This document shows, piece by piece, positions 29,406 to 39,678 of a DNA stretch of 64,000 nucleotides. Position 1 is the stretch's first letter, and the number at the start of each line of letters is the position of its first letter. Below the pieces are notes generated by a model. That model ran no database searches, was not told the DNA's origin, and saw only the letters and a list, made by a program, of their open reading frames with translations. Location: NCBI GenBank assembly GCA_963696385.1, contig CAVOKF010000005.1:1440001-1504000 (forward strand), read 5' to 3'. The stretch comes from an uncultured delta proteobacterium. GTDB lineage: Bacteria > Myxococcota_A > Polyangia > Polyangiales > Polyangiaceae. The position numbers and the translations under genes were made by a program.

Positions 29406-30637
29406 CGCACGCGCACTCGCGGTTCGACGCTCATGCCGATGCGAAGTCTCTCGACGCCCGCCTGATCCGGATCCAGCTTGATCCGGACCGGAATACGCTG
29501 AACGACCTTGACGTAGTTTCCCGATGCATTCTCCGGCGGAAGCACGCTCAGCCGTGAACCCGTCGCGCCGCCGATGCTCTCGACGGATCCATTCAGGTCG
29601 ATGTCGAGAGCGTCCACGTGCACGCGCGCTCGCTGTCCCGGCGTCATTCTTTGGAGTTGGGTCTCGCGATAGTTGGCAGTGACCCAGAGCGAATCGGTCT
29701 GGGAGATTGCGATGACCTCTTGGCCCGGCGCGACGTGGTCACCGACGGCGATCGATTTCTTGGCGACGATCCCGGTCACGGGCGCGAGGATTTTGGCGTA
29801 CGAAAGATTCTTTTCGGCTTGTGCGAGTTGCGCGTTGGCGAGCTCGAGCGACGCCTTGCGCCACGTGACCGACGCCTTACGGGTCGCAATCTGGCGTGGC
29901 CCGTTCGACTCGACCTCGACAAATCGGCTCTGCAAGCTGACGATCTGGGCCCGTTGTTGCGCGACGCGGTCTCTCGCCCCCGCGAGCGACTCCTCGAGCG
30001 CATGGACATTGGCGGTGGAGGCAGCCGCTGCATTGGCCCGATTGTCGTAGTCGGATTGGGAGACGGCCCCCTGAGCGAGGAGTTTTTCGGACCGTTGCTT
30101 CTCGAGTTGTGCGGTTCGATCGTTGGCGGCCGCTTGAGCGAGCTGGGCCGTGAGCTGAGCCACTTCCTTGAGTGCGGCTCCGAGCGCCGCCTGCGCGGCG
30201 GCGAGATCCGATCGGGCGGAGGTCAGAGCGCTGGTGTTGGTCGCCACGGTGATCGGCACCGACGGGTCCTCGGCCTGGAGCTGGGCTTCGGCCTGCTCGA
30301 CCTGAGCGTGCGCTTGGTCCACCGCGATTCGAAGATCCGTCGGATCGATTTCGGCCAGCACGTCGTCCGACCGAACCGCTTCATTCTCGACCACGTATAC
30401 GGCACTGACGACGCCGGATGTCCGGGGGCTCACGTTGCTGATGTTGCCATCGACTTCGGCGTCGTCGGTCTCTTCGTAGCGACTCTCGTGAAACCAGTAC
30501 GCGACGGCCGCCGAGGCGACGAGCAGCGCGATCGCGACGGCAAGGACGGTCCGGCGGGCGACCGGGCGGCCCGGTGCGCCGATCGCTGTGCCGGGCGTGG
30601 GTGCGGGGTCTTGAGCCATGGGCGCGGATATCGCCAT
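29402..30637 (-). CDS. emrA: HlyD/EmrA membrane fusion protein
   Basis: EETDDAEVDG, WVTANYRETQL and LPPENASGNYVKVVQRIPVRI; alternative start at 30619. Confidence 0.92.
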   Translation of the reverse strand: MAISAPMAQDPAPTPGTAIGAPGRPVARRTVLAVAIALLVASAAVAYWFHESRYEETDDAEVDGNISNVSPRTSGVVSAVYVVENEAVRSDDVLAEIDPTDLRIAVDQAHAQVEQAEAQLQAEDPSVPITVATNTSALTSARSDLAAAQAALGAALKEVAQLTAQLAQAAANDRTAQLEKQRSEKLLAQGAVSQSDYDNRANAAAASTANVHALEESLAGARDRVAQQRAQIVSLQSRFVEVESNGPRQIATRKASVTWRKASLELANAQLAQAEKNLSYAKILAPVTGIVAKKSIAVGDHVAPGQEVIAISQTDSLWVTANYRETQLQRMTPGQRARVHVDALDIDLNGSVESIGGATGSRLSVLPPENASGNYVKVVQRIPVRIKLDPDQAGVERLRIGMSVEPRVRVR

Positions 30638-31153
30638 CTTATCCCTCGATCCAGGATCGGAGTTCCAGCCTCTGATGCCGCGGGCACGAGCCGGGTTACG
30701 CATCACCCGGACCGTGTGTCGCGCTTGCCAAGCCGCGTTTAGTGCACCGTGCGCGAGCTAGGGCCAAGCATACCCCGCGCAAGGATCCACGCGCCGGTCA
30801 GGAATCGAGCTTGTTGAGTTTGGACGGCATCTTGCGCGGACGGTGCGCTAGAGCCCCGAACACGCTGGATCCCGTCGGCTTTCTGGGGCTTTCTCGCCTC
30901 TCGCGGCGTTGCCCCTCCTTACCCTCCCTGCTGCAGCACTCCTAGTCGCTCGCGCCTTGCGAGAGGCCAAAAGCCTTGAAATCTTCGGTCCGCCAACACG
31001 TTCGGCGCTCCAGCGGCAAGGGTTTGCCTGGCCCTCGCGGCGGCAGGGGGGTGCAAGCGGTTTTGACGGGTCGCCGTGTATCGCGGGCGAGAGCCGATGC
31101 AAGGTGCCGTGGTCGGGGTGATGCGCGGTCGCCCATGGGGTTATAGTGGCGTC

Positions 31154-32536
31154 GTGGACTCGGGCCGCGCGGATCTGACCGTCGTACCGCGCGATGTACT
31201 CGTCATCTGCGAGCGCTTGCGTGGCCACGGCAAGCGGGCTTGGATCGTCGGCGGCTGCGTGCGCGACCTGCTCATCGGACGTGCAGCGAACGACTGGGAC
31301 GTCGCGACCGACGCGCGCCCGGACGATCTGCTCCGCCTGTTCCCGCGTGCCATTCCGACGGGCTTCGAGCACGGCACGGTGACAGTCGTCGCCGCCAGCG
31401 GCCACTACGAATTGACGACCCTGCGGGGCGAGGGGACATACTCGGACGGCCGACGCCCCGATTGGGTGGAGTTCGTCGATGACATCACGGCGGATCTAGC
31501 CCGCCGCGACTTTACGGTAAACGCCATCGCCCTGGACCCCTTGAACGGCCGGATCATTGATCCGTTCGACGGACGGGGCGATTTGGAACGGGGCATCCTC
31601 CGTGCCGTAGGCAACCCAAAGGAACGGTTTGCGGAGGACGGATTGCGCGTGCTGCGGGCTGCACGCTTCGTGGCGACCCTGGATCTGGCTCTCGACCCGG
31701 ACACGGAAAAGGCGATTCAGCCGACGCTCGATACGTACCGTAAGGTAGCTCAGGAACGAGTGCGTGACGAGTGGGTGAAAACCATGATGGCGCGCTGCCC
31801 GTCACGTGCCTTCGAAGTGATGCGCCGAACCGGAATTCTTGAGGTCACTTGCCCCGAGCTTCTCGAGGGCGTCGGCATGGGGCAGAACCGCTGGCACGCG
31901 TTCGACGTGTGGCGACACGGGCTCGAGTGCATGGACGCGTGTTTGGCCGATCCCGCACTTCGAATCGCCGCTCTGCTGCACGACGTCGGGAAGCCAAGGA
32001 CGCGCGCATGGTCCGACAAAACGATGGATTTCACATTCTTCGATCATGACCGGGTGGGGGCCGAGATCGCGGATCCCATTCTCGCGCGGCTGCGCTTTTC
32101 GAATGACGATCGGTCGCGCATCGTCGCGTTGGTGCGGCATCACGTCTTCCACTATTCGGACGAGTGGACCGACGCCGCCGTGCGCCGCTGGGTCCGTCGT
32201 GTCGGCCCCGATCGCGTCGCAGACTTGTACGTGCTGAACGAGGCGGACGTGCGTGCGAAGGGTCGCGATGTTGCCGACGACCTCGCCGCCCTCGCTCGGC
32301 TCAAGGTACACGTCGCACGTGTCCTCGCCGAAGGGGCGGCCCTTTCGACTCGCGATCTGAAGGTCAACGGGCACGACCTGATGCGCGAGCTAGGCATCCG
32401 ACCCGGCCCGGTCGTGGGAGAAATCCTCGACGCGTTGCTCGACGTGGTGACGACGGATCCGAACGAGAACGACCGGAGCGCTCTTTTCGCCCGTGCGCGG
32501 GAATATTGCGACAGCAAGCGGGCTCGAACTCCGTGA
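31154..32536 (+). CDS. cca: Class II tRNA nucleotidyltransferase (CCA- or A-adding type) with HD domain
   Basis: GGCVRDLL, DWDVAT, RRDFTVNA, EDGLRVLRAARF and LLHDVGKP; start uncertain. Confidence 0.85.
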   Translation: MDSGRADLTVVPRDVLVICERLRGHGKRAWIVGGCVRDLLIGRAANDWDVATDARPDDLLRLFPRAIPTGFEHGTVTVVAASGHYELTTLRGEGTYSDGRRPDWVEFVDDITADLARRDFTVNAIALDPLNGRIIDPFDGRGDLERGILRAVGNPKERFAEDGLRVLRAARFVATLDLALDPDTEKAIQPTLDTYRKVAQERVRDEWVKTMMARCPSRAFEVMRRTGILEVTCPELLEGVGMGQNRWHAFDVWRHGLECMDACLADPALRIAALLHDVGKPRTRAWSDKTMDFTFFDHDRVGAEIADPILARLRFSNDDRSRIVALVRHHVFHYSDEWTDAAVRRWVRRVGPDRVADLYVLNEADVRAKGRDVADDLAALARLKVHVARVLAEGAALSTRDLKVNGHDLMRELGIRPGPVVGEILDALLDVVTTDPNENDRSALFARAREYCDSKRARTP

Positions 32537-32680
32537 TTCGGCACGCCCGAGACGCCCTTCGGTTGGGCCAGGGGGCGGGCCCCTTCAGTAACGGCTCGTG
32601 CACGGCCCGCCTCGTGTCCCGTGCTCGATCGCCAGGCGAAGCGCGTTTCAAGCCGGCGACGGACGCGCTAGCTTCGCGGC

Positions 32681-34012
32681 GTGATCCAAGGCCTTTGGTT
32701 CGGCGCTGGGCTCGTGGTCATCGTCTGGGTGACGAACGTGTGTGCGCAGGCGGAGCCCGCCGCGCCGGTGACGCTTGCCGTGGGGGATTGGCGCTTCGAT
32801 CCGGTCCTCGAGTTGCAGACCCGCGGTGAGTACCGTCATGACTTGGACGATCGGGATCGCCTCACTCTCATCGAACGCGCTCGGCTCGGCGTGGATGCCT
32901 CACGCGGCTCGTTCGAAACGCGGCTGGTTTTCCAGGATGCGCGGTCGGTCGAGCTTTCAGGCGGTTACTTCATCGCGGGACCTCCGCCCATTGCCTCCAC
33001 CGGGGCATACGAGGCCTGGGCCGAGGCTCATACGGATGCCGCTCGACCAAGCTACCTTCGGGTCGGCCGCCAAGCCGTGGTCTGGGGGGAAGGACGACTG
33101 CTCGGGTCCGCCGACAGGTCGCCGACGGGTCGATCCCTCGATGCCGTCAGGGGACGGCTGGTCGTGGACGACACCGCGGTCGAGATCCTAGGGGCTGTAT
33201 TGCAGGACTGGCCATCCACGCCCGGGCTTTCGATCGATCCGTACGGCGAGCTGTTCGGGGCGAGGACCGAGTGGGCCTCCGATCCTCTTTTCGCCGTGGA
33301 GGTCTATGCGCTGGCTCGCTTGGCTCGGCGCGATCCGAGCTTGCAAACCGCAGTCGAGGGTCAGACTTACACGGCATCGGCGAGGCTGCATGGAGACGAT
33401 CGGCGTTGGACCTGGGGCGCCGAGGCCGCGTACCAATTCGGCCACGTCGATGGCGTGACCCGGTTCGGAGAACCTGAATTCACGGGTCGCCGCGCGGCCT
33501 GGGCGGTCGCGGGCCACCTGGCGCATACGTTCGATCGGGCGTATTGGGAACCGACGGTCCAAATCGCTGCCGCCTACGCGACGGGGGATGAGGCGGGGGC
33601 GACCTATCGCGCCTTTGATCCTCTGCTGCCCGACGTTCGTACCTGGCACGGAGCCGCCGAAGCGTTCGCTTGGTCGAATGAGGCCGAGGGGAGCGCGCGC
33701 GGGGCCATCGTTGCCTGGACGGAAGGCGTCGTGGCCCTCGAATATCGATACGTCGTACTTGCGCAACCAGGCAGCGGCTGGCAGAGCGCCTACCTCCAGA
33801 CGATCGGGCAAGCGTCGGCAAACACCCACGCTGGGCTGGGTCACGAGGTCGACGCAACCATTCGTTGGTCGCCCTGGGCCCCCGTTCTGCTGGAAATAGG
33901 CTACTCCGCGCTCGTGCTCGGCGATGGGGCGAAGGCCATCCTCGCGACACGCCCGACCGGTGTGGCCACCCTATCGCACTGCGCGTACGCCGAAACGAGA
34001 GTCGACTTCTGA
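32681..34012 (+). CDS. Alginate export family outer-membrane porin
   Basis: Signal peptide, LRVGRQAVVWGEGRLLG, RSLDAVR, YATGD and LGHEVD motifs; terminal Phe. Confidence 0.78.
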   Translation: MIQGLWFGAGLVVIVWVTNVCAQAEPAAPVTLAVGDWRFDPVLELQTRGEYRHDLDDRDRLTLIERARLGVDASRGSFETRLVFQDARSVELSGGYFIAGPPPIASTGAYEAWAEAHTDAARPSYLRVGRQAVVWGEGRLLGSADRSPTGRSLDAVRGRLVVDDTAVEILGAVLQDWPSTPGLSIDPYGELFGARTEWASDPLFAVEVYALARLARRDPSLQTAVEGQTYTASARLHGDDRRWTWGAEAAYQFGHVDGVTRFGEPEFTGRRAAWAVAGHLAHTFDRAYWEPTVQIAAAYATGDEAGATYRAFDPLLPDVRTWHGAAEAFAWSNEAEGSARGAIVAWTEGVVALEYRYVVLAQPGSGWQSAYLQTIGQASANTHAGLGHEVDATIRWSPWAPVLLEIGYSALVLGDGAKAILATRPTGVATLSHCAYAETRVDF

Positions 34013-34103
34013 ATCTGAGCCGAGACTCACGGGTTCGGAGCGATCGCGGTCTCCCGGGATGCGACGCCCGTCTCCTAACGACGGTGGATCGAGTTGGATA
34101 GCG

Positions 34104-34709
34104 CTAATTGAGCCAGCGTCGTGTGGGTCCAACGTCCGCGTGGATGAACCAATCATCCTTCTCCGGGTATACACCGATACCTCCGGTCCACCCAAGGCCG
34201 CGAATCTCCTGCTCCATGAGTCGTGGGTCGAGCCCTCGCTCGTCGCCGGGGGCCACGACGCGGAAATCGCACGCATGTCCGAGGGTGTGCTGACTGTGCG
34301 AAGCCACATGATGGCCCTTCTTGCGAAGCATCTCGTTCAGCTTTGGGCTGCGATACCCGCTGACGATCTCGATTCGGGACGCGGGGTGCCTCGCCGCGAG
34401 AGCACGAAGCAGTTGCAGCAAAGCGGGCTCGATGGGGTGCGTTGCTCCCGTGACGCGATCGCTTAGGAATGCGTCGAAGCGAGGCATCTCCGGCCGCAGC
34501 GAATCAAGGACGATGTGCTCGCCGGTGTGGACGTCGACGAGCGTTGCGAGCACGGGCGTGTCGGCCCCTTCGTCGACGGTCGGGCCCTTTTTGGTCCCGA
34601 GACCTGCGCCGTGGGGTACACGCGCTTCGGGGAACGCCGGATCGGTGACAAGCGTTACAGCCGCGATCGCCGCGAAGAGACAGGTAGCGATCTTGATTCC
34701 CACGGTCAC
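34104..34709 (-). CDS. YcbK/DUF882 (peptidase M15, MepK-like) protein
   Basis: IEIVSGYRSPKLNEMLR...VASHSQHTLGHACDF...GGIGVY...FIHADVG. Confidence 0.88.
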   Translation of the reverse strand: MTVGIKIATCLFAAIAAVTLVTDPAFPEARVPHGAGLGTKKGPTVDEGADTPVLATLVDVHTGEHIVLDSLRPEMPRFDAFLSDRVTGATHPIEPALLQLLRALAARHPASRIEIVSGYRSPKLNEMLRKKGHHVASHSQHTLGHACDFRVVAPGDERGLDPRLMEQEIRGLGWTGGIGVYPEKDDWFIHADVGPTRRWLN

Positions 34710-34803
34710 GAGCCGACCGTAACACCAGTTCGCCGGCCGGGCCGAGAGCGTCGGGCCGTTTCTTGACGCACCCCAGCCGGTGGCGGAGTACCCTCCGGCA
34801 AGC

Positions 34804-35694
34804 ATGCTATCGAGCGCTCCCTCCATTCTGACGACCGAAGGGTCGGTTGGGGCCCGACACGACGAGAGTCGGCTCGTTCGTCGGGCAACGCCCGGTCCGA
34901 CGCTGTACTTCAATGCGACCTTCCCCGCCGAATCGGACCCGCGGGCGGTGGTCGGTCTCATTCATGGATTTGCGGATTACGGCGCGCGCTATGCGCACGT
35001 CGCGCGCGCTTGGGCCGGGCGCGGACTCGCCACGATCGCCGTGGACCTGCGCGGCCACGGCAGAGCCGAGGGGGCGCGGGGCTCCTGCTTACGATTTCGT
35101 GAGTACCACGACGACGTGACGGAGCTAAAGGAGCTGGTTCGCGAGCGAGCCGGTCAGCTTCCCGCGTTTCTCTTCGGTCACAGCTTTGGGGGACTCGTTG
35201 CGGCATGCGAAGTGCTCGAGTCACCGGCCCGGTGGAAGGGCCTTGTCCTCACCGCTCCGAATTTTCGCGTCGCGGTCAAGGTGGCTCCGCTCAAGCTATT
35301 GGCAGGGCACCTCGCGTCGCGCTTCGTCCCATGGTTCGGGTTTCCTGCAGGTCTCAGTGGATCGGACCTAACCCACGATTCGGCGATCGCTCGCGCGTAC
35401 GACGAGGACCCGCTCGTCTTCAAGAGCGTGAGGGCCCGCTGGTACACGGAGATGCTCATCGCGCAGACTCGCGCGATGGCCAACGCGGCGTCGCTGAAAG
35501 TGCCGCTCTACATTGCGATGGGGACCGCGGACCGCGTCGCCGATTTCGCAACGGCGAGGGCCTTCTACGATGCTGCCGGCAGCACGGACAAGACCTGGGA
35601 TCCGCGCGAAGGGCTTTACCACGAAGTACTCAACGAGCCGGAGTGGTCGCAGACCGCGCAGCGCATGGCGGACTGGATGCTCGCGAGGGTTTAG
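34804..35694 (+). CDS. Alpha/beta hydrolase, lysophospholipase/monoacylglycerol lipase type
   Basis: IHGFADYGARY, DLRGHG, GHSFGG nucleophile elbow, YHEVLNE. Confidence 0.9.
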   Translation: MLSSAPSILTTEGSVGARHDESRLVRRATPGPTLYFNATFPAESDPRAVVGLIHGFADYGARYAHVARAWAGRGLATIAVDLRGHGRAEGARGSCLRFREYHDDVTELKELVRERAGQLPAFLFGHSFGGLVAACEVLESPARWKGLVLTAPNFRVAVKVAPLKLLAGHLASRFVPWFGFPAGLSGSDLTHDSAIARAYDEDPLVFKSVRARWYTEMLIAQTRAMANAASLKVPLYIAMGTADRVADFATARAFYDAAGSTDKTWDPREGLYHEVLNEPEWSQTAQRMADWMLARV

Positions 35695-35999
35695 GTCTCG
35701 GCCGACGCACGAACCCGAAGTTGTCCCGAACCTCGTCTCAGGCGCGCTTGACAGGCCAGCCGATGGCAGGCCGGAGTATCGCCCATGAGCCTCAGCAGAT
35801 CCGCCTCGCTTTCTGCTGGCGGCTCGAGGAGATCGCCCCCTTCCAGGACATGGATCCGACAGGTACCACAGCTGGCGCTGCGGCAGCCGAACGGCACGGG
35901 TGCACTCCATTCGTCGCAGAGGTCAAGCAATCGGCCTCCGTCCGGGGCGTTCACCTCGAGCGGTGCATGGTGGGACGATTCGAACACGACGATGGGCAC
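35691..35999 (-). CDS. 2Fe-2S ferredoxin
   Basis: PFGCRSASCGTC...RLACQ. Confidence 0.88.
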   Translation of the reverse strand: MPIVVFESSHHAPLEVNAPDGGRLLDLCDEWSAPVPFGCRSASCGTCRIHVLEGGDLLEPPAESEADLLRLMGDTPACHRLACQARLRRGSGQLRVRASAET

Positions 36000-36010
36000 G
36001 TGGGGAATGA

Positions 36011-37318
36011 CTATCGCTTTTCCAGCAAGATCGCGTGCTCCGCCCGGTGGCCGTCGCGGAAGGCCGCAGAGCTGGGGCCGTGAAAATGAGGACGCGCCTG
36101 AGACGCGCGGGCGAGCACTTCGAATCCGGCGTCGGGCGCGATCGCCGCGAGGACCGCATCGGCGCGGATGGCTTGTTGGCCGACGGCGGAGTCGGCGAGT
36201 AAAAGGATCACCCGCCCTGCAGGGCGACAGACGCGACGCATGGCACGGAGCGCCCGCCCCAACTCCAGCGCCCAGGCCTCCCGAGCAGCCTGGGCGTCGA
36301 GCCGCTCGTAGTTTCGCCGCGCCCCGATTTCGCCGCTGCCTAGCTTGCCCGCGTCCAGACCGAGCCAGCGCAATCGGACCGCATGATGCGAGAGGTAGTC
36401 ATACGTTCCGACATAGGGAGGCGACGTCACGATCACATCGACGGTACTTGCGGCCACGGTTTGCAAACGGGCCGCGTCGTCCAGGGCGGTCACCGTCGAT
36501 GGGGCGTCCACCGGTGTGCGCCGAGCGAACTCGGCGAGGCGCAGCGACAGCTCGTCGGCCTTTCGCGCGAACAAGCGTGACGCAAACCCCGCCGCGATCC
36601 GTCGGACTTGGACAGAGGCCGACGTGTCGGAAGCCCGTCGGCTCACTTTGACGAGGATCGCGCTCAGGACCAACTCGAGCGCGTCGCGCAACGGCGGATC
36701 GCTCGAACACTGCTCGACGATGCCAGCGCGCAGCGAGTCGAGCTCGAGCAGCACGTGGGGATCGAAGAGCTCCACGTCTTCGCGTGGATACCGGCGGGTG
36801 GCGCCGGCGCGCCGGATTCTGCGCGCTTCGGCGAATGTGGCGATGGATCGGGCCGCCGAAACCATCGAGGCTAGAACCGAATCGGGGTACCGCGTCGTTT
36901 TCAAACGAGCCAGGCGAACGGCCAGCGGATTCAAGTCCGTTCCAATAGCGCGTCGCGAATGGAGCGTGGCTTCGATCAAGACCGTGCCGGATCCACAGAA
37001 CGGGTCGAGCACCGTTGCGCCCTCTGAGCTCAGCGTGCGCACCAGTCGGGAAGCCGTGGTCGGGTGCATCCGCGCCGGATACGTGTGAAATCCGTGCACA
37101 TGGGCCCGATCGGCATCCTCGGATGACCCCGAGGACGGGGTGACGTCCAATGTTTGCGCAAGCGCTGCGGCCAACTCGGGGTCGCCCCAGGTGGCAACGG
37201 CACCTCCGACGTGCGTGAGCGAGCGGCGCTGCTTCTCGGCGCGCGGGGGCTCGCCGTCACGGTCGTGGCGTCGACTCCCGGGGGCCGACGCGCGACGATC
37301 GCCGTAGCGAGTCGTCAT
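36011..37318 (-). CDS. SAM-dependent amino-methyltransferase, probable orphan DNA m4C/m6A methyltransferase
   Basis: HGFHTYPARM, motif I VLDPFCGSGT and motif IV VTSPPY. Confidence 0.75.
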   Translation of the reverse strand: MTTRYGDRRASAPGSRRHDRDGEPPRAEKQRRSLTHVGGAVATWGDPELAAALAQTLDVTPSSGSSEDADRAHVHGFHTYPARMHPTTASRLVRTLSSEGATVLDPFCGSGTVLIEATLHSRRAIGTDLNPLAVRLARLKTTRYPDSVLASMVSAARSIATFAEARRIRRAGATRRYPREDVELFDPHVLLELDSLRAGIVEQCSSDPPLRDALELVLSAILVKVSRRASDTSASVQVRRIAAGFASRLFARKADELSLRLAEFARRTPVDAPSTVTALDDAARLQTVAASTVDVIVTSPPYVGTYDYLSHHAVRLRWLGLDAGKLGSGEIGARRNYERLDAQAAREAWALELGRALRAMRRVCRPAGRVILLLADSAVGQQAIRADAVLAAIAPDAGFEVLARASQARPHFHGPSSAAFRDGHRAEHAILLEKR

Positions 37319-37998
37319 GGCCGAATGATGGACGTCCCGACGGGCGGAACAAGATTGAATTGTGCTGCCGTGACGGGCTCGTTCACTTTCGGGTTGATGA
37401 AGTCGAACCGATTCCGGTTGCCCTGGCCATCGATCAGCATCACGCGCCGCACCTGCGACGTCGCGGCGTCCACGTAAAACAGAACTTTGGAGTACGAAGG
37501 CGTCGGCTGCTTCGGGGTCCCCACGAGAACATAGCCACCCGGGAACTTCATGGAGCTACCGGCAAGAATCTCGAAGTGGAACGCATCCGCCAGCTTTCCG
37601 GTGCCCGTCAGGAACGACAGCGCAGCCGGATATTGCGAGTTGTCGATCGGCTGCTCGTACATTTGCTTGTTGGCGGCTTCGTAGATCTTGATGAGCGTGC
37701 CGTCGGAGACGACTCGATTGTCTTTCGGGTCGTCGTAGACCCACTCCATTTTTCCCGGCTTGGCGAAAGTGACGTGTCCGCGCGAGGTCTTCTCTTGGTT
37801 GTACGCTTTCACCCAGAACTTCTGCTCGAAGTCGCTCGTGAAGGTGGTCGACTTATCGTAGAACGTCTGCACTTTTGCGACCGACTGCTCGGCATTGGCA
37901 TGGGCGGCGGAATCCGCATGGTCCGCGCCGTTGTCGGCGTCAGCCCGCGCGGCGCAGGTGAGAAGTGCGAGGACGATAAACGCGATGGGGGTGCGCAT
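37315..37998 (-). CDS. lolA: Outer-membrane lipoprotein carrier protein LolA
   Basis: Signal peptide; FTSDFEQ...GHVTFAKPGKMEWVY...VVSDG LolA signature. Confidence 0.9.
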   Translation of the reverse strand: MRTPIAFIVLALLTCAARADADNGADHADSAAHANAEQSVAKVQTFYDKSTTFTSDFEQKFWVKAYNQEKTSRGHVTFAKPGKMEWVYDDPKDNRVVSDGTLIKIYEAANKQMYEQPIDNSQYPAALSFLTGTGKLADAFHFEILAGSSMKFPGGYVLVGTPKQPTPSYSKVLFYVDAATSQVRRVMLIDGQGNRNRFDFINPKVNEPVTAAQFNLVPPVGTSIIRP

Positions 37999-38117
37999 GA
38001 CGGTTGTGCAAATGTAGTGCACAAACAAGCGCACGCTCTGTCCCAATTGCAAGTGTTGCGCACGTTGATCGCGCGGTGCAGTTCGGTTCCCCGGGCTCTC
38101 GCGAACGCCGCCGGACG

Positions 38118-38311
38118 CTAGGGGTCGGTTTCTCGGAAGTCCCGCAGATCCATCCGCGGGCGCGCTGCAGCACCCGCGCAAACGGACCCCTAGCCTTGTT
38201 TTTCCAGGGCTCCGACCCGTCCCCAAAGCCGGGGGCGGCTGTGGGGGGTGGCCCATCCCGCAAGGACCCTTGCACGGATTCATTCGCGCGACTTGCGGGT
38301 TGGACCGCTAG
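38118..38311. repeat. Dispersed intergenic double-hairpin repeat, copy 2
   Basis: CTAGGGGTCGGTTT (38118) pairs with AAACGGACCCCTAG (38180-38193); GTGGCCCATCCCGCAAG pairs with CTTGCGGGTTGGACCGC; homologous to 3785-3981. Confidence 0.78.
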
Positions 38312-38814
38312 GATCGTCCCCGCTGTCGCACGGCCGGCGCGATGGGGCGCGCACGTTGCAAGTGCGTGAGAGCCAGCGCGAGCGCGTCGGCGGCATCGGC
38401 GGGTGGCGCCCCGCTGAGCCGGAGCACCACGCGCACCATCTGCGCGACCTGACTTTTCTCCGCTCGGCCGCTGCCGACGACGGCCCTTTTTACGAGCGCC
38501 GGTGCGTACTCGTAAACGGGAAGTCCCGCGCGCGCACACACGAGAAGAGCCACTCCGCGTGCATGGCCGAGCTTGGCCGCCGCTTGCGGGTCCTTTGCAA
38601 AGAAGAGCGCCTCGACACTGGCTTCGTGCGGCGCGTGGGCGCCGAGAACGGACATCAACGCGCTCTCGATCGCGACGAGCCTCACGGCGATTGCGGCTTT
38701 TTCGTCGGTGTGCACGATTCCGTGTGCGATGTGGAAGAGGCGTGTTCCGCGCTGCTCGACGACGCCCCACCCGAAGTGGCGCGTGCCCGGATCCAGCCCG
38801 AGCACGATCGGCAC
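38308..38814 (-). CDS. ruvC: Holliday junction resolvase RuvC
   Basis: VLGLDPG, VEALFF, LGHARGV, VKRAVVGSGRAEKSQV and DAADALA. Confidence 0.97.
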   Translation of the reverse strand: MPIVLGLDPGTRHFGWGVVEQRGTRLFHIAHGIVHTDEKAAIAVRLVAIESALMSVLGAHAPHEASVEALFFAKDPQAAAKLGHARGVALLVCARAGLPVYEYAPALVKRAVVGSGRAEKSQVAQMVRVVLRLSGAPPADAADALALALTHLQRARPIAPAVRQRGRS

Positions 38815-39566
38815 TACGCGGAACTCTCGAGTGTCGCGAGCTCCTCGTCGGAGATGTCGAAGTCCGCGTACACGTTCTGCACGTCGTCGTGGTCGTCCAG
38901 CACTTCCGCCAAATTGAGGGCGACTTGCGCGTCTCGACCGGTAAGGGGCTTCTTGATCTTCGGAACGAATGCGATGCCGCTCGATTTGGGCTTGATCCGG
39001 CCCTTATCGAGGGCGTCGAGCACATGTGCGAGATTGTCGGACGCCGTCGTTAGGTGCCACTCGTCGCCCGCGTTCTGGTAGTCGTCGGCGCCCGCGCCGA
39101 CGGCGACGTCCATGAGCTGGTCTTCGGTAACCTCTTTGCCCACGGTGATGACGCCCTTCCGGTCGAAGGCCCAGCCGGCAGTTCCCGCGGCGCCGAGCAC
39201 GCCGTTGTGCTTCTCGAAGATCTTTCGGACCTCGGCCACGGTCCGATTGCGATTGTCGGTCATCGCTTCGACCAAGAAAAGGGTGCCTGCCGGGCCCGTC
39301 CCCTCGTACATGATTTCTTCGTACGCGGCCCCCTCGATCTCGCCCGTTCCACGCTTGATGGCCCGATGAATCGTATCGTTGGGCATGGACTGGCCCTTCG
39401 CGTCGCCGATGGCCTTGCGAAGCCGCGGATTGCCGCCCGGATCGCCGCCGCCCATGCGAGCGGCAACGGTGAGCTCCTTGATGAGCTTCGTGAAGAGCTT
39501 GCCGCGCTTTGCATCGAGCGCACCCTTCTTATGCTTGATCGTGGCCCACTTCGAATGGCCGCTCAT
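38814..39566 (-). CDS. yebC: YebC/PmpR family protein
   Basis: MSGHSKWATIKHKKG, TDNRNRT and DDHDDVQNVY. Confidence 0.97.
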   Translation of the reverse strand: MSGHSKWATIKHKKGALDAKRGKLFTKLIKELTVAARMGGGDPGGNPRLRKAIGDAKGQSMPNDTIHRAIKRGTGEIEGAAYEEIMYEGTGPAGTLFLVEAMTDNRNRTVAEVRKIFEKHNGVLGAAGTAGWAFDRKGVITVGKEVTEDQLMDVAVGAGADDYQNAGDEWHLTTASDNLAHVLDALDKGRIKPKSSGIAFVPKIKKPLTGRDAQVALNLAEVLDDHDDVQNVYADFDISDEELATLESSA

Positions 39567-39678
39567 GGTGAGTTACCGTTTTGGCTAGCCATGGCAAAGC
39601 CGAGCCCGGGAGAAGGCCGCAAGGGTAGTTAATGGATCGCGCGGCTTCAAGCGCGGCGCAGCATCCGCGATAGCAATT

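Noticed and set aside
30821..30835. Possible sigma-54 promoter TGGACGGCATCTTGC upstream of cca
   Set aside because: GG-N10-GC spacing fits but the CAC core is missing and it is over 300 bp from the likely start; plausible by chance
24186..35694. CDP-alcohol transferase and lysophospholipase as a lipid pathway with the Tes-like gene
   Set aside because: They lie 12-23 kb away among unrelated genes; no operon evidence
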